Of a stretch of DNA of 64,000 nucleotides, positions 27,401-45,825 are shown piece after piece. The DNA is from Octopus vulgaris (taxonomy: Eukaryota), in contig OX597835.1 of assembly GCA_951406725.2 (NCBI GenBank), positions 50,468,001 to 50,532,000 of the forward strand. The letters run 5' to 3'. Within the stretch, counting starts at the first letter, position 1, and every line of letters starts with the position of its first letter. A model generated the notes under the pieces. The model searched no databases. It worked only from the letters and a program-made list of their open reading frames with translations, and was not told where the DNA came from. Both the position numbers and the translations under genes were made by a program.

Positions 27401-28336
27401 AAAACTTGAAACATATTACATTATAATACATCTTGTAACCTAGCTATTTTTTTGTGATGAATACTTGATAACAAATATAAACAAACATCTGTTTAATAAT
27501 GATTTCTAATTTTGGCACAACATCAGCAATTTCCAAGGAGGGGATTAATCAATTACATCAACCCCAGTGTTCAACTGGTACTTATTTTATTGACCCTGAA
27601 AGGATGAAAGGTAAAGTCAACCTCAGCAGAATTTGAACTCAGAATGTAAAGATGGACTAAATGTCGCTAAGCACTAAGCCTGACATGTTAATGTTTCTGC
27701 CAACTCGCCACCTTGAACCACTATTTAATAATGTGAAGTGAATGTCGATGTGGTTGCAGAGAGTGTTGTTGGTGTTGGATAAAACAAAAAACAAAAAGGA
27801 AAAGTTGTCTCTGTATATATTCATTTGTTTATCTATTGAATTACTGGAAAACTACTTTGTCATCGATCAATTGGTGGCATGGATATCCAGAAGTTTCTTC
27901 TGTCTAGTTCTGTTTTTATGGTGCTGTCCCTCAGCATCTGCTGCTGTAGCCCGACGTTTATGGAACAGAAAGTATTCAAACAACTTCTAACTAATGAAAT
28001 ACTGTGATTAAATCACAAGGCCATTCAAGATGTTTACTTCTACTGAAGAATTTGTAATTTATAATTGTTTGCTACCAATCACTGTGTGCAAGCATCATGA
28101 TAAATGTGTAAATGTATTGTTCATTATGTGTGTATGTTCAGTGAATTGTGATATATAATAGTAGATAGTTTAAGCAAATGTATGGAAGCACATAACTACT
28201 ACAAATCTTTCTGTGAACTTGACCAGATTTCAATCCTACTTGGGACTTTCCACAAAAGCCACAAACTTTGCTTTTTCCCATACTATTTGGTCATTAACAA
28301 CCAGTAAATGTCTTCATTTCTCTTTGAATATTTCAG

Positions 28337-28539
28337 ATCCAAAACAATTTAACCATGGCCTTAGATGTCTTCTGTAAATCTCAGGCTCTGAAAGCCATCC
28401 CAGAACTGGCCATAAAAGCTGAAATGGATGATGATAAAGGCTTCGTGAAGCTGACCACTGTTGCTTGTGGAGAGAGTTTCCAAATACCTTTGCTCATTGC
28501 CTACCACTGTGAACTCTTTGTTTCACCTGTTGATTTATT
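28337..28539 (+). CDS. VPS13: VPS13A/C-like protein, last exon before the gap
   Basis: ttcAG / GTaagt, phase 0-2; IQNNLTMALDVF...GESFQIPLLIAYHCELFVSP resembles a VAB repeat. Confidence 0.88.
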
Positions 28540-28728
28540 GTAAGTTCTGAGAATTGGTGATCATTATGTCTATTTTTTGGTTTATTCTTCTCAGTTGCTG
28601 TTCCACCATTGAGAGAGGGGGAGAGAGAGAGTAAAAAGGAGGAGATTAGGTTAATTGTGTCTTGTACATAAGCCAAAATCAGACTGGAGCCTGGTACAGC
28701 TTACCAGTTCCACTTTAACCATCTAACC

Positions 28729-28828
28729 NNNNNNNNNNNNNNNNNNNNNNNNNNNNNNNNNNNNNNNNNNNNNNNNNNNNNNNNNNNNNNNNNNNNNNNN
28801 NNNNNNNNNNNNNNNNNNNNNNNNNNNN
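28729..28828. other. Scaffold gap (100 N, true size unknown)
   Basis: Run of exactly 100 N. Confidence 0.99.
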
Positions 28829-29229
28829 AGTTAACATACAGAGAAGCCATATCTATATACCTATATAATTATATATAATTGTATACATATTATATATATA
28901 ATGTTTTTATTGTGTGTTCTACATATTGTTGGGCATGTGTATATTATACAGACAAGTGCTGGTGTATTTGGTTGTGGAGGATGCAGAATGGTCCACATAT
29001 TTTTAATATGTACTGTATCATCATGCCGGTAATACTTTACGTATGAAGTAGTGACGTTCGTTAGTGAATACACAAACTTTTCAATGTTTTCAAGGTCTAT
29101 TTTTAGACATTCTTGGGGAGTTTGCCATATCAGCTATATACATATATATATACATATATATATGTACATATATATGTGCATAAATATATATACATATATA
29201 TATACATAAATATATATATATATATATAC

Positions 29230-29264
<35 letters not shown>

Positions 29265-29275
29265 ATATATATATA

Positions 29276-29313
<38 letters not shown>

Positions 29314-29317
<4 letters not shown>

Positions 29318-31545
29318 TGATTGATTGATTGATTGATTCTAGTTCCAGCTATGAGCTGTGGCCATGCTGGGGCACCGCCATTTGGTGTTGCTACTTGGTT
29401 TCACTTCATGGAGGCTTTCTAGCAACTGCTATTTGGTGCATGAGAGAGTTCGATGCAGCTGCCCTCATCTGCCCCTCCTGCCGTGAAGTTGGTTCATCTG
29501 GGACACCTGACAGGAAGAGATCCAGCTTCATTTTAAAGACATCTGTATCCACCCCATGCAGGTCTCTCAGGTTCTTCGGGAGGATATTGAAGAGCTGTGG
29601 GCCTCGGAAGCCCAGGCTATCACAGAATCTTGTCCTACATCTTGATGGCAGGTTTGGAGTCCTAGGCACCACGCAGTGGCGCCCAGTTCTGGCATTTGCG
29701 TGTAACTCTCGATGCCAAAGTTCAGGACACTTCCCTCCAGGATCTTCCAGATGTATATTATGGCATATCTTTCCCGCCTACGCTCCAGGGAATATAATTT
29801 TAATCTCTTGAGTCTTTCCCAGTAGCTTACATTCTGCATAGAGGCTATCTTCTTTGTGTAGCTTCGTTGGATCGCCTCAAGTTCTGTGATCAACTTGACA
29901 CTGGATGGTGACCATAGCTGAGAGCAATAGTCAAAGTGGCTTAGGACAAGTGTCTTCCAGAGGACCATCATGGTTTCTTGTTCTCTTGTTCTAAAGGTTC
30001 TAAGAATCCATCCAGCCAGCCGTCTACATTTCACTTGTCAGTTTAGCAACATGTACATGAAAGGTCGCGTCATCACTCATGTGAATACCCAGGTCACGCA
30101 CTGATTGTGCCTCTGGGATTGCAATCCCTCCGGGTCCAGTGTATTCATTGGGTATTGCATTCAGTTTTGCATGCTGATAGTATAAAGCTTGAAACTTTCC
30201 AGCATTGAACTGCATGCTATTCTTTTCAGCCCACTTGTATATTTCGTCCAGCTCACATTGCAGGTGTTTAGTGTCCTCAGGGTTCTGTATTGCCTGTGAA
30301 ACTTTTGTATCATCTGCATAACTTGTGATCTTCTGCGTGGCTGAGGGCATGTCTGAGAGGGCCATTATGAACAGTAGTGGTCCCAAAACAGTGCCCTGTG
30401 GAACACCACTATTTGCGTGTTAATGGAAGTGGCCCCATTGGCTACTACCACCTGACTTCTATTCTTCAGTGAAGCCATTCTCCTAGTTTTCCAACTATGC
30501 CAAGATCACGCAGTTTGTGACATATCATTCCGTGATCGACTTTATCAAGGCCTTTGCGAAGTCGAGATATATGACTTCCACATTTGAGTGGTTGAGCAGC
30601 ACCCAGTCATAGTGTAGGAGCTGAGTTAAGCAGCTTCTTCGGAAACCATGTTGGGTGTCGGCAGCAAGTCATTTTCTTCAAGGAAGGTGATCCTTCTGAC
30701 TATTCGTTCCATGACCTTGCTGATGTGTGAGGTCAGAGAGATAGGTCTGTAGTTCTTTGCCTCCGCTCTGCTACCTCCTTTATGAATAGGGCATATTTTA
30801 CCTTCCTTCAGTTTGGAAGTTTGCCAGCTGCAAGGAAGCTCTGAAAGAACTGCAGTGGTCTTGCTAAGACTCTCTTACATACTTTTAGGAGGATTGCCGG
30901 GAATCCATCGGGGCCAGTAGCTGAGTCTATTTTCATTTCATCTATAGCCTTTATTACATCGTCTTCCTTTATCTCGTCTATCGTCGCGTCAGTTGGATTG
31001 CTGATTTGGAAATGCCCAAGGGGTGGAGTGAAAACACTCTTGAATTGTTCATTCAGTATTTCACTTACCCTCATTGGTTTTCCTGTGAGTGTGCCATCCT
31101 TTTCAAGGGAGATCCTACAGTGCACTGTTTCTTTGGCATACCTGTAGAAAGCTCTGGGGTTAGTTTTATGTTGTCTATAGCCCAGGCTTCTTTGTCTGCT
31201 CTTTCCTTCTCATGGGAAAGTTGCAGACAATTTTCAATTTCCAACAGTTTTATTTTCAGGCGGGACTTTTCACTACTTTCAATTTGTTTGTTTAGGCGAT
31301 TTGAATTTTTGTACGCCGTCTCATTAAAATTTTCCTCTCTCTGGGGATTTTGTTCTTGTGTACAGTGGCCTTTCTCTCTGGGACACATTTGTAGCATATG
31401 GCTTGCATTACAGACATGAATTGTTGAAGTATCATGTCGATGTCCGAGGAGAGACATTCAGGCCAGTTTTGTTTGAGGATCTCTTTCTCAGTTTCAGTTT
31501 GCCTTATTGAAGTCTGGAAAGATTCTGATTTATGTAGCTGCACCG
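29314..31545 (-). mobile_element. CR1/L2-type LINE RT fragment; deletion-ridden mirror copy of 45826-48188
   Basis: Near-identical to the plus copy apart from many small deletions; same 5' truncation point and (AATC)n tail. Confidence 0.9.
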
Positions 31546-36830
<5,285 letters not shown>

Positions 36831-37309
36831 TATAAATCGTGTGGTTGATATATTACTACCATTTAGTTTTTAAGAATAGAATACATGCACATAAGTATTC
36901 ATGTAATACAATATAATGAACAGGGACAACTAAAATAATATGACAGGAGGTGGATGACAGGAGGTTTTTAAGACATGGTATGTTGATATTATTAGCATTG
37001 TCTTTTCACATACATATAGAGAATAATATACAAGATGTATTTAATAATATCTTTGTATATATATATAATAGTTTGTATAATTTTATGTAATTCTAGACAA
37101 GAATGGTTCCATAACCTATATATTGTATTGTCTATATGTTTGCAAAACAGAAACAGTTCAACTTTCATGTTTTCATCCCATATTTTCTAGAATATATATA
37201 CAGAGAGGAAATAGAAAGAACAACCACAGAGAGAGAGATATGAACATTAACACTGTAGAAACAGATTGAGATATTGTATATATACTTTAACTAAAATGTC
37301 TTTCTTTTA

Positions 37310-37915
37310 CCATTATAGGTGTCTACTCTTTGTCTCTTTTACGCCATTTCAACCATGCATTTTACATATGCGTATCCTGTCCTCTGAATTTGTTTTGTAC
37401 TCTTAATGTTTCTATTCATGCTTATATTTCGAACCACCATTATAGGTGTCTACTTCTTCAATACGCTATTTCAACATGCATTACTCTCTCGATATCCTAC
37501 GTTTTGTGCCTAGAACCTGTCCTTGAACCACCCCTCACTGGTGCTCCCTATATTTCTGCACCCCCCACCACCATTATAGGTGTCTACTCTTTGAACCTCT
37601 TCAATACGCTATTCACCATGCATTACCCCTCTCTCGATATCCTACGTTCTACTTGCCTAGAACCTGTCCTCTGAACCACCCCTCCCACTAGGTGCTCCCC
37701 TATATTTCTGCACCCCCACCACCATTATAGGTGTCTACTCTTTGAACCCCCTCTTCAATACGCTATTTCACCATGCATTCTCGATATTATTGTACCTGTC
37801 CTCTGAACCATATATGTATTTATATATGACCTCTCAATACTATTCACCATGCATTATCTTATCCTACGTTCTACTTGACTAGTACCTGTCCTCTAACCAC
37901 CCCTCCCACTGTTCT
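37310..37915. repeat. Degraded tandem repeat, inverted copy of 39130-39870
   Basis: Recurring accattataggtgtctact...tcgatatcctacgtt units. Confidence 0.85.
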
Positions 37916-38250
37916 ATATGACCCAAGCACCATCCGAACGTGGCCGATGCCAGACCTCTGGCACCTGTGCAGGTGGCACGTAAAAACACCCACTACACTG
38001 TGGAGTGGCGTTAGGAAGGGCATCCAGCTGTAGAAACACTGCCAGACTAGACTGGAGTCATCTTTGCAGTCCCTCCCCGAAAACCTATGATGATGATGAT
38101 ATATATATATACATATATACATATATATTATATACACAACAAAAACCTGTGCTGTCGAATTATATTTCACCAATAATATAACATATTTTTTTTGATATAC
38201 ACATATATACATATACATATAATATATAATATATATATATATATATATAC

Positions 38251-38303
<53 letters not shown>

Positions 38304-38403
38304 CAATATATATCATTCATATTATTATCTTTAACTTTTAATACCTTAACACAATATTCAAAATTCACATATATAACACATATATATATCACACATATTT
38401 ATG

Positions 38404-38436
<33 letters not shown>

Positions 38437-38574
38437 TCCATTTAAATACACACAATTCTTTTATTGTTATATAAATTGGATATATTTATGGTGATATATA
38501 TATATTGTTGATATTTATATTGTATATTATATATATGTTGATATATATATAGTTGTATATATATATATATTTTA

Positions 38575-38687
<113 letters not shown>

Positions 38688-38691
38688 TATA

Positions 38692-38794
<103 letters not shown>

Positions 38795-39129
38795 GTGTAT
38801 ATTATATATATATATATATGTGTATATGTATATAGTGTATATATATAGTGTATATATATATATGTGTATATATATATATATTATATATATAGTATATATC
38901 ATCATCATCATCATCATCATCGTTTAACGTCCGTTTTCCGCGCTAGCACGGGTTGGACGGTTTCGACCGGGGTCTAGCTCGGGACTGCCCCAGGCTCCAG
39001 TCTAGTCTGGCAGTGTTTCTACAGCTGGATGCCCTTCCTAACGCCAACCACTCCGCGAGTGTAGTGGGTGTTTACGTGCCACCTGCACAGGTGCCAGAGG
39101 GTCTGGCATCGGCCACGTTCGGATGGTGA

Positions 39130-39870
39130 TGGGGGGTGCAGAAATATAGGGGAGCACCAGTGGGATGGTTCAGAGGACAGGTACTAGCATAGAACGTAGG
39201 ATATCGAGATAATGCATGGTGAAATAGCGTATTGAAATTTCAAAGAGTAGACATATAATGGTTTGCAGAATATAGGAGCACCAGTGGGAGGGGTGGTTCA
39301 GGGACAGGTTCTAGGCAAGTAGAACGTAGGATATCGAGAGAGTAATGCATGGTGAAATAGCGTATTGAAGATTTCAAAGAGTAGACACATATAATGGTGG
39401 TCAGAAATATAGGGGAGCACCAGTGGGAGGGGGCACCAGTGTGGTTCAGAGGACAGGTTCTAGGCAAGTAGAACGTAGGATATCGAGAGATAATGCATGG
39501 TGAATAGCGTATTGAAGAGGGGGTTCAAAGAGTAGACACCTATAATGGTGGTGGGGGTGCAGAAATATAGGGGAGCACCAGTGGGAGGGGTGGTTCAGAG
39601 GACAGGTTCTAGGCAAGTAGAACGTAGGATATCGAGAGAGGGGTAATGCATGGTGAAATAGCGTATTGAAGAGGGGGTTCAAAGAGTAGACACCTATAAT
39701 GGTGGTGCAGAAATATGAGCACCAGTAAGCACATTGAGCACCAGTAGAGGGGTGGTTCAGAGGACAGGTTCTAGGCAAGTAGAACGTAGGATATCGAGAG
39801 AGGGTAATGCATGGTGAAATAGCGTATTGAAGAGGGGGTTCAAAGAGTAGACACCTATAATGGTGGTGGG
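39130..39870. repeat. Tandem repeat, unit about 130-160 bp, about 5 copies
   Basis: Recurring agaacgtaggatatcgaga...aatgcatggtgaaatagcgtattgaa and caaagagtagaca. Confidence 0.9.
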
Positions 39871-40466
39871 AGAAAACGACATCGGTTATAAAATAGAGAT
39901 ATATGTATATCTATGGTCTTTCTTTTGAAAATAGAGTATATGTCTCTCTCTCTCTCTTTGTGTGGTTTTTCTGACTGTCTCTCTTCTCTCTCAAATTCGC
40001 TCATACAGGCTTAGAATACATGAAAACACAAACTTCTCTTTATCCTCAGTTGTTTTTATAATGAATATATTAGAAAAACAAGTGGTTTTTGCGATACAGC
40101 TGAAGCATAAAATCTAAAACATTACATTTCAATAAATGTGTCTTTAAAAATATTCTACCAAGGCGATAACCACCAAAGGTGAAATGTTCTCACCATCTAA
40201 ATTTTTATTCTATTCTATATGCTTTCACTGTGAAAAGACCTGCAAACATTCATCAAATATAGATATGTTTAATCTACATTCAATTATATTCCATATATAT
40301 TATTACGTTTGGTTTCTTAAGAAAAATTTTGTTATCCTTAAATTAAAAAGATATGTTTGATGGCGGGATTGAAATGCATCATAGTGTATAAAAATGAATA
40401 TAATGTTAAGGAATAGTGAAATTGAGATATATATATGAAAATAAGCTAATTCTGAGCAACATTAAA

Positions 40467-40469
<3 letters not shown>

Positions 40470-40513
<44 letters not shown>

Positions 40514-40523
40514 GTATATATAT

Positions 40524-40557
<34 letters not shown>

Positions 40558-40588
40558 GTATATATATATGTATATGTATATATATATG

Positions 40589-40619
<31 letters not shown>

Positions 40620-40706
40620 GTATACATATATATACATATAGATATATATATATGTATATATATATTGTATATATATTGTATATATATATATGTATATATA
40701 TGTATA

Positions 40707-40754
<48 letters not shown>

Positions 40755-40788
40755 GTATATTTTGTATATATATATATATATATATTTG

Positions 40789-40865
<77 letters not shown>

Positions 40866-40958
40866 GTATATATATATATGTATATATATATGTATATATA
40901 TATATATGTATATATATATATGTATATATATATATATGTATGTATATATATATATGTG

Positions 40959-41005
<47 letters not shown>

Positions 41006-41017
41006 GTATATATATAT

Positions 41018-41049
<32 letters not shown>

Positions 41050-41218
41050 GTATATATATGTATATATATGTATATATGTATATGTATATATATGTATATA
41101 TATATATGTATATATATATGTATATGTATATATATGTATATATATATATGTATATATATATATGTGTGTATATATATATGTATATATATATATATGTATA
41201 TATATGTATATATATATG

Positions 41219-41249
<31 letters not shown>

Positions 41250-41301
41250 GTATATATATGTATATGTATATATATATATGTGTATATATATGTATATATG
41301 T

Positions 41302-41359
<58 letters not shown>

Positions 41360-41360
41360 G

Positions 41361-41411
<51 letters not shown>

Positions 41412-41729
41412 ATATATGTATATATATGTGTATATATGTATATATATGTGTATGTATATATATATATATGTATATATATATGTATGTATATATATATGTA
41501 TATATATATATGTGTGTATATATATATATGTATATATGTGTATATATATATATATGTGTATATATATGTATATGTGTGTATATATATATGTGTATATATA
41601 TATGTGTATATATATGTATATATATGTAATATATATATATGTATATGTATATATATATATACACATATATGTATATATATATATGTGTATATATATATGT
41701 GTATATATATATGTGTGTATATATATATG

Positions 41730-41760
<31 letters not shown>

Positions 41761-42037
41761 GTATATGTATATATATGTATATATATATGTGTGTATATAT
41801 ATATATGTATATATATATATATGTGTATATATATATATGTGTATATATATATATACACATATATGTATATATGTATATATATGTACATATATATATATAT
41901 ATGTATATATATATGTGTATATATATGTATATATATATGTGTGTATATATATATATGTATATATATATATGTGTATATATATATGTGTATATATATGTGT
42001 ATATATATATATGTATATATATATATGTGTGTGTATA

Positions 42038-42078
<41 letters not shown>

Positions 42079-42157
42079 ATATATATATATGTATATATAT
42101 GTATATATATATATGTGTGTATATATGTGTATGTATATATGTATATATATATATGTG

Positions 42158-42223
<66 letters not shown>

Positions 42224-42281
42224 TGTATGTATATATATGTATATATATGTATGTATATATATGTATATGTATATATGTATA

Positions 42282-42326
<45 letters not shown>

Positions 42327-42444
42327 ATATATATATATGTATATATATATGTATATATATGTATATGTATGTATATATGTATATGTATATATGTATATAT
42401 ATGTATATATATGTATAGTGTATATATATGTATATGTATATATG

Positions 42445-42477
<33 letters not shown>

Positions 42478-42787
42478 GTATATATATATGTATATGTATA
42501 TGTATATATATGTATATATGTATATATATATATGTATATGTATATATATGTATGTATGTATATGTATATATGTATATGTGTATATGTACATATATGTATA
42601 TGTATGTATGTATATGTATATATATATATATATATATGTATAATCATATATGTATATATGTATATATACATGTGTATATATATGTATATGTATATATGTG
42701 TATATATATGTATATGTACATATATGTATATATGTATATGTGTATACATATATATATATATGTATATATATATATGTATATATGTAT

Positions 42788-42833
<46 letters not shown>

Positions 42834-42844
42834 GTATATGTATG

Positions 42845-42898
<54 letters not shown>

Positions 42899-42999
42899 TA
42901 TATATGTATATATATATATGTATATATATGTATATATATGTATGTATATATATGTATATATATGTATATATATATATATGTATATATATGTATGTATAT

Positions 43000-43037
<38 letters not shown>

Positions 43038-43060
43038 GTATATATATATATATGTATATA

Positions 43061-43103
<43 letters not shown>

Positions 43104-43154
43104 GTATGTATATATATGTATATATATATGTATATATATATGTATATATATATG

Positions 43155-43185
<31 letters not shown>

Positions 43186-43447
43186 GTATATATATGTATA
43201 TATATGTATATATATGTATATATATATATGTATGTATATATATGTATATATGTATATATGTATATACATAGCTACAGCTCATAAGCTGAAACTGAAAAAT
43301 CAATCAAAATCAAATCATATATATATATATGTATATATATATGTGTATATATGTATATATATATGTATATATATATATATATGTATATATGTATATATGT
43401 ATATGTATATATATATATGTATATATATATATGTATATATGTATATG

Positions 43448-43478
<31 letters not shown>

Positions 43479-43629
43479 GTATATATGTATATATATGTAT
43501 GTATATATATATGTGTATATATATATATGTATATATGTATATATGTATATATATATGTATATGTATATATGTATATATATATATGTATATATGTATATAT
43601 ATGTATGTATATATGTATATGTATATATG

Positions 43630-43663
<34 letters not shown>

Positions 43664-43735
43664 TGTATGTATATATGTATATATGTATATGTATATATGT
43701 ATATATATATATATATATGTATGTATATATGTATA

Positions 43736-43776
<41 letters not shown>

Positions 43777-43885
43777 GTATATGTATATGTATATATATAT
43801 GTGTATATGTATATGTATATATATATGTGTATATGTATATGTATATATATATGTATATATGTATATGTATATATATGTATATATG

Positions 43886-43916
<31 letters not shown>

Positions 43917-44020
43917 GTATATGTATATGTATATATATATGTATATATATATGTATATGTATATATATGTATATGTATATATATATGTATATGTATATAT
44001 ATATGTATATATATATGTAT

Positions 44021-44066
<46 letters not shown>

Positions 44067-44423
44067 GTATATATATATGTATATATATATGTATATGTAT
44101 ATGTATATATATATGTATATGTATATATATATGTATATATATATGTATATATATATGTATATATATATGTATATGTATATATATATGTATATATATATAC
44201 ATATATATATGTATATATATATGTATTGATAAAACGGTAAGATAACAAATAGAAAGAAAGAGACCTCAATATTATGTAAATAGAGGAAATTTATATATAT
44301 ATATGTATATATATATGTATATATGTATATATATATGTATATGTATATATGTATATGTATATGTATATATATATGTATATATATTTATGTATATGTATAT
44401 ATGTATATGTATATATGTATATA

Positions 44424-44520
<97 letters not shown>

Positions 44521-44527
44521 GTATATA

Positions 44528-44570
<43 letters not shown>

Positions 44571-44627
44571 GTATATATATATGTATATGTATATATATAT
44601 ATGTATATATATATATGTATATGTATA

Positions 44628-44677
<50 letters not shown>

Positions 44678-44686
44678 TGTATATGT

Positions 44687-44784
<98 letters not shown>

Positions 44785-44901
44785 GTATATATATATGTGT
44801 ATATATATATATGTATATATATGTATATATATATATATGTATATATATGTATATATATATATGTATATATATATATGTATATATATGTATATATATATAT
44901 G

Positions 44902-44966
<65 letters not shown>

Positions 44967-45033
44967 ATGTATATATGTATATGTATATATGTATATGTAT
45001 ATATGTATATGTATATATGTATATGTATATATG

Positions 45034-45078
<45 letters not shown>

Positions 45079-45119
45079 GTATATATGTATATATATATAT
45101 GTATATATGTATATATATA

Positions 45120-45180
<61 letters not shown>

Positions 45181-45305
45181 GTATATATATGTATATATAT
45201 ATGTATATATATGTATATATATATGTATATATATATGCATATATGTATATGTATATATATGCATATATGTATATGCATATATATATATAGATATATATAT
45301 ATAGC
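40470..45305. repeat. ~4.8-kb (TA)n/(TATG)n array with two short inserts (43271-43316, 44224-44292)
   Basis: Directly visible. Confidence 0.97.
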
Positions 45306-45309
45306 TATA

Positions 45310-45673
45310 CTAGCAGTGTCGCCCGGCGTGCTCGGCTCTGTAAGGGAAATAACTATAAAGCATTTTTAGAGAGTTATAGCCAAAAAGGGAAAAAAATTAT
45401 GGCAAATTTTTTTTAGTTAAAAAGGTCGAGTTGCGTCCCCTAGACAGTCTGTTGTTTGTGTTTCTGATTCTCGACCCCATGTTGAATTTATCGATTTTTT
45501 CAGAACTGGGGGAATTTTTCAAAATTTTCGCTGCGTTAGTTTTGAATTATGACATTGGGCTATGTGTGTGTCAAGTTTCATCAGAATCGGTTGAAAGCCG
45601 TGGTCAGGGTGAGGGTACAACCTAACAGACACACAGAAACACACACAGACAAACCCGTTTATATATAGAGAGA
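45310..45673 (-). mobile_element. Non-autonomous Helitron-like element, type A
   Basis: Reverse-complement homolog of 2849-3231 with TC start and hairpin-CTAG end. Confidence 0.8.
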
Positions 45674-45825
45674 TATATATAGGTATATATATATATAGGT
45701 ATATATATATAGGTATATATATATAGGTATATATATATATGTATATATATTTATGTATATATATATGTATATATATATATAGGTATATATGACAAATATA
45801 GAGAGTATATGTATATATATATATA

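Noticed and set aside
29329-29811. 160-aa and 123-aa ORFs antisense to the LINE 3' ends (also 47799-48170)
   Set aside because: Shadow frames of the RT sequence with no independent support.
29314-31545. Independent second LINE insertion, or a family with a fixed endonuclease-less 5' end
   Set aside because: The flanks mirror those of the other copy, so it is part of the large palindrome.
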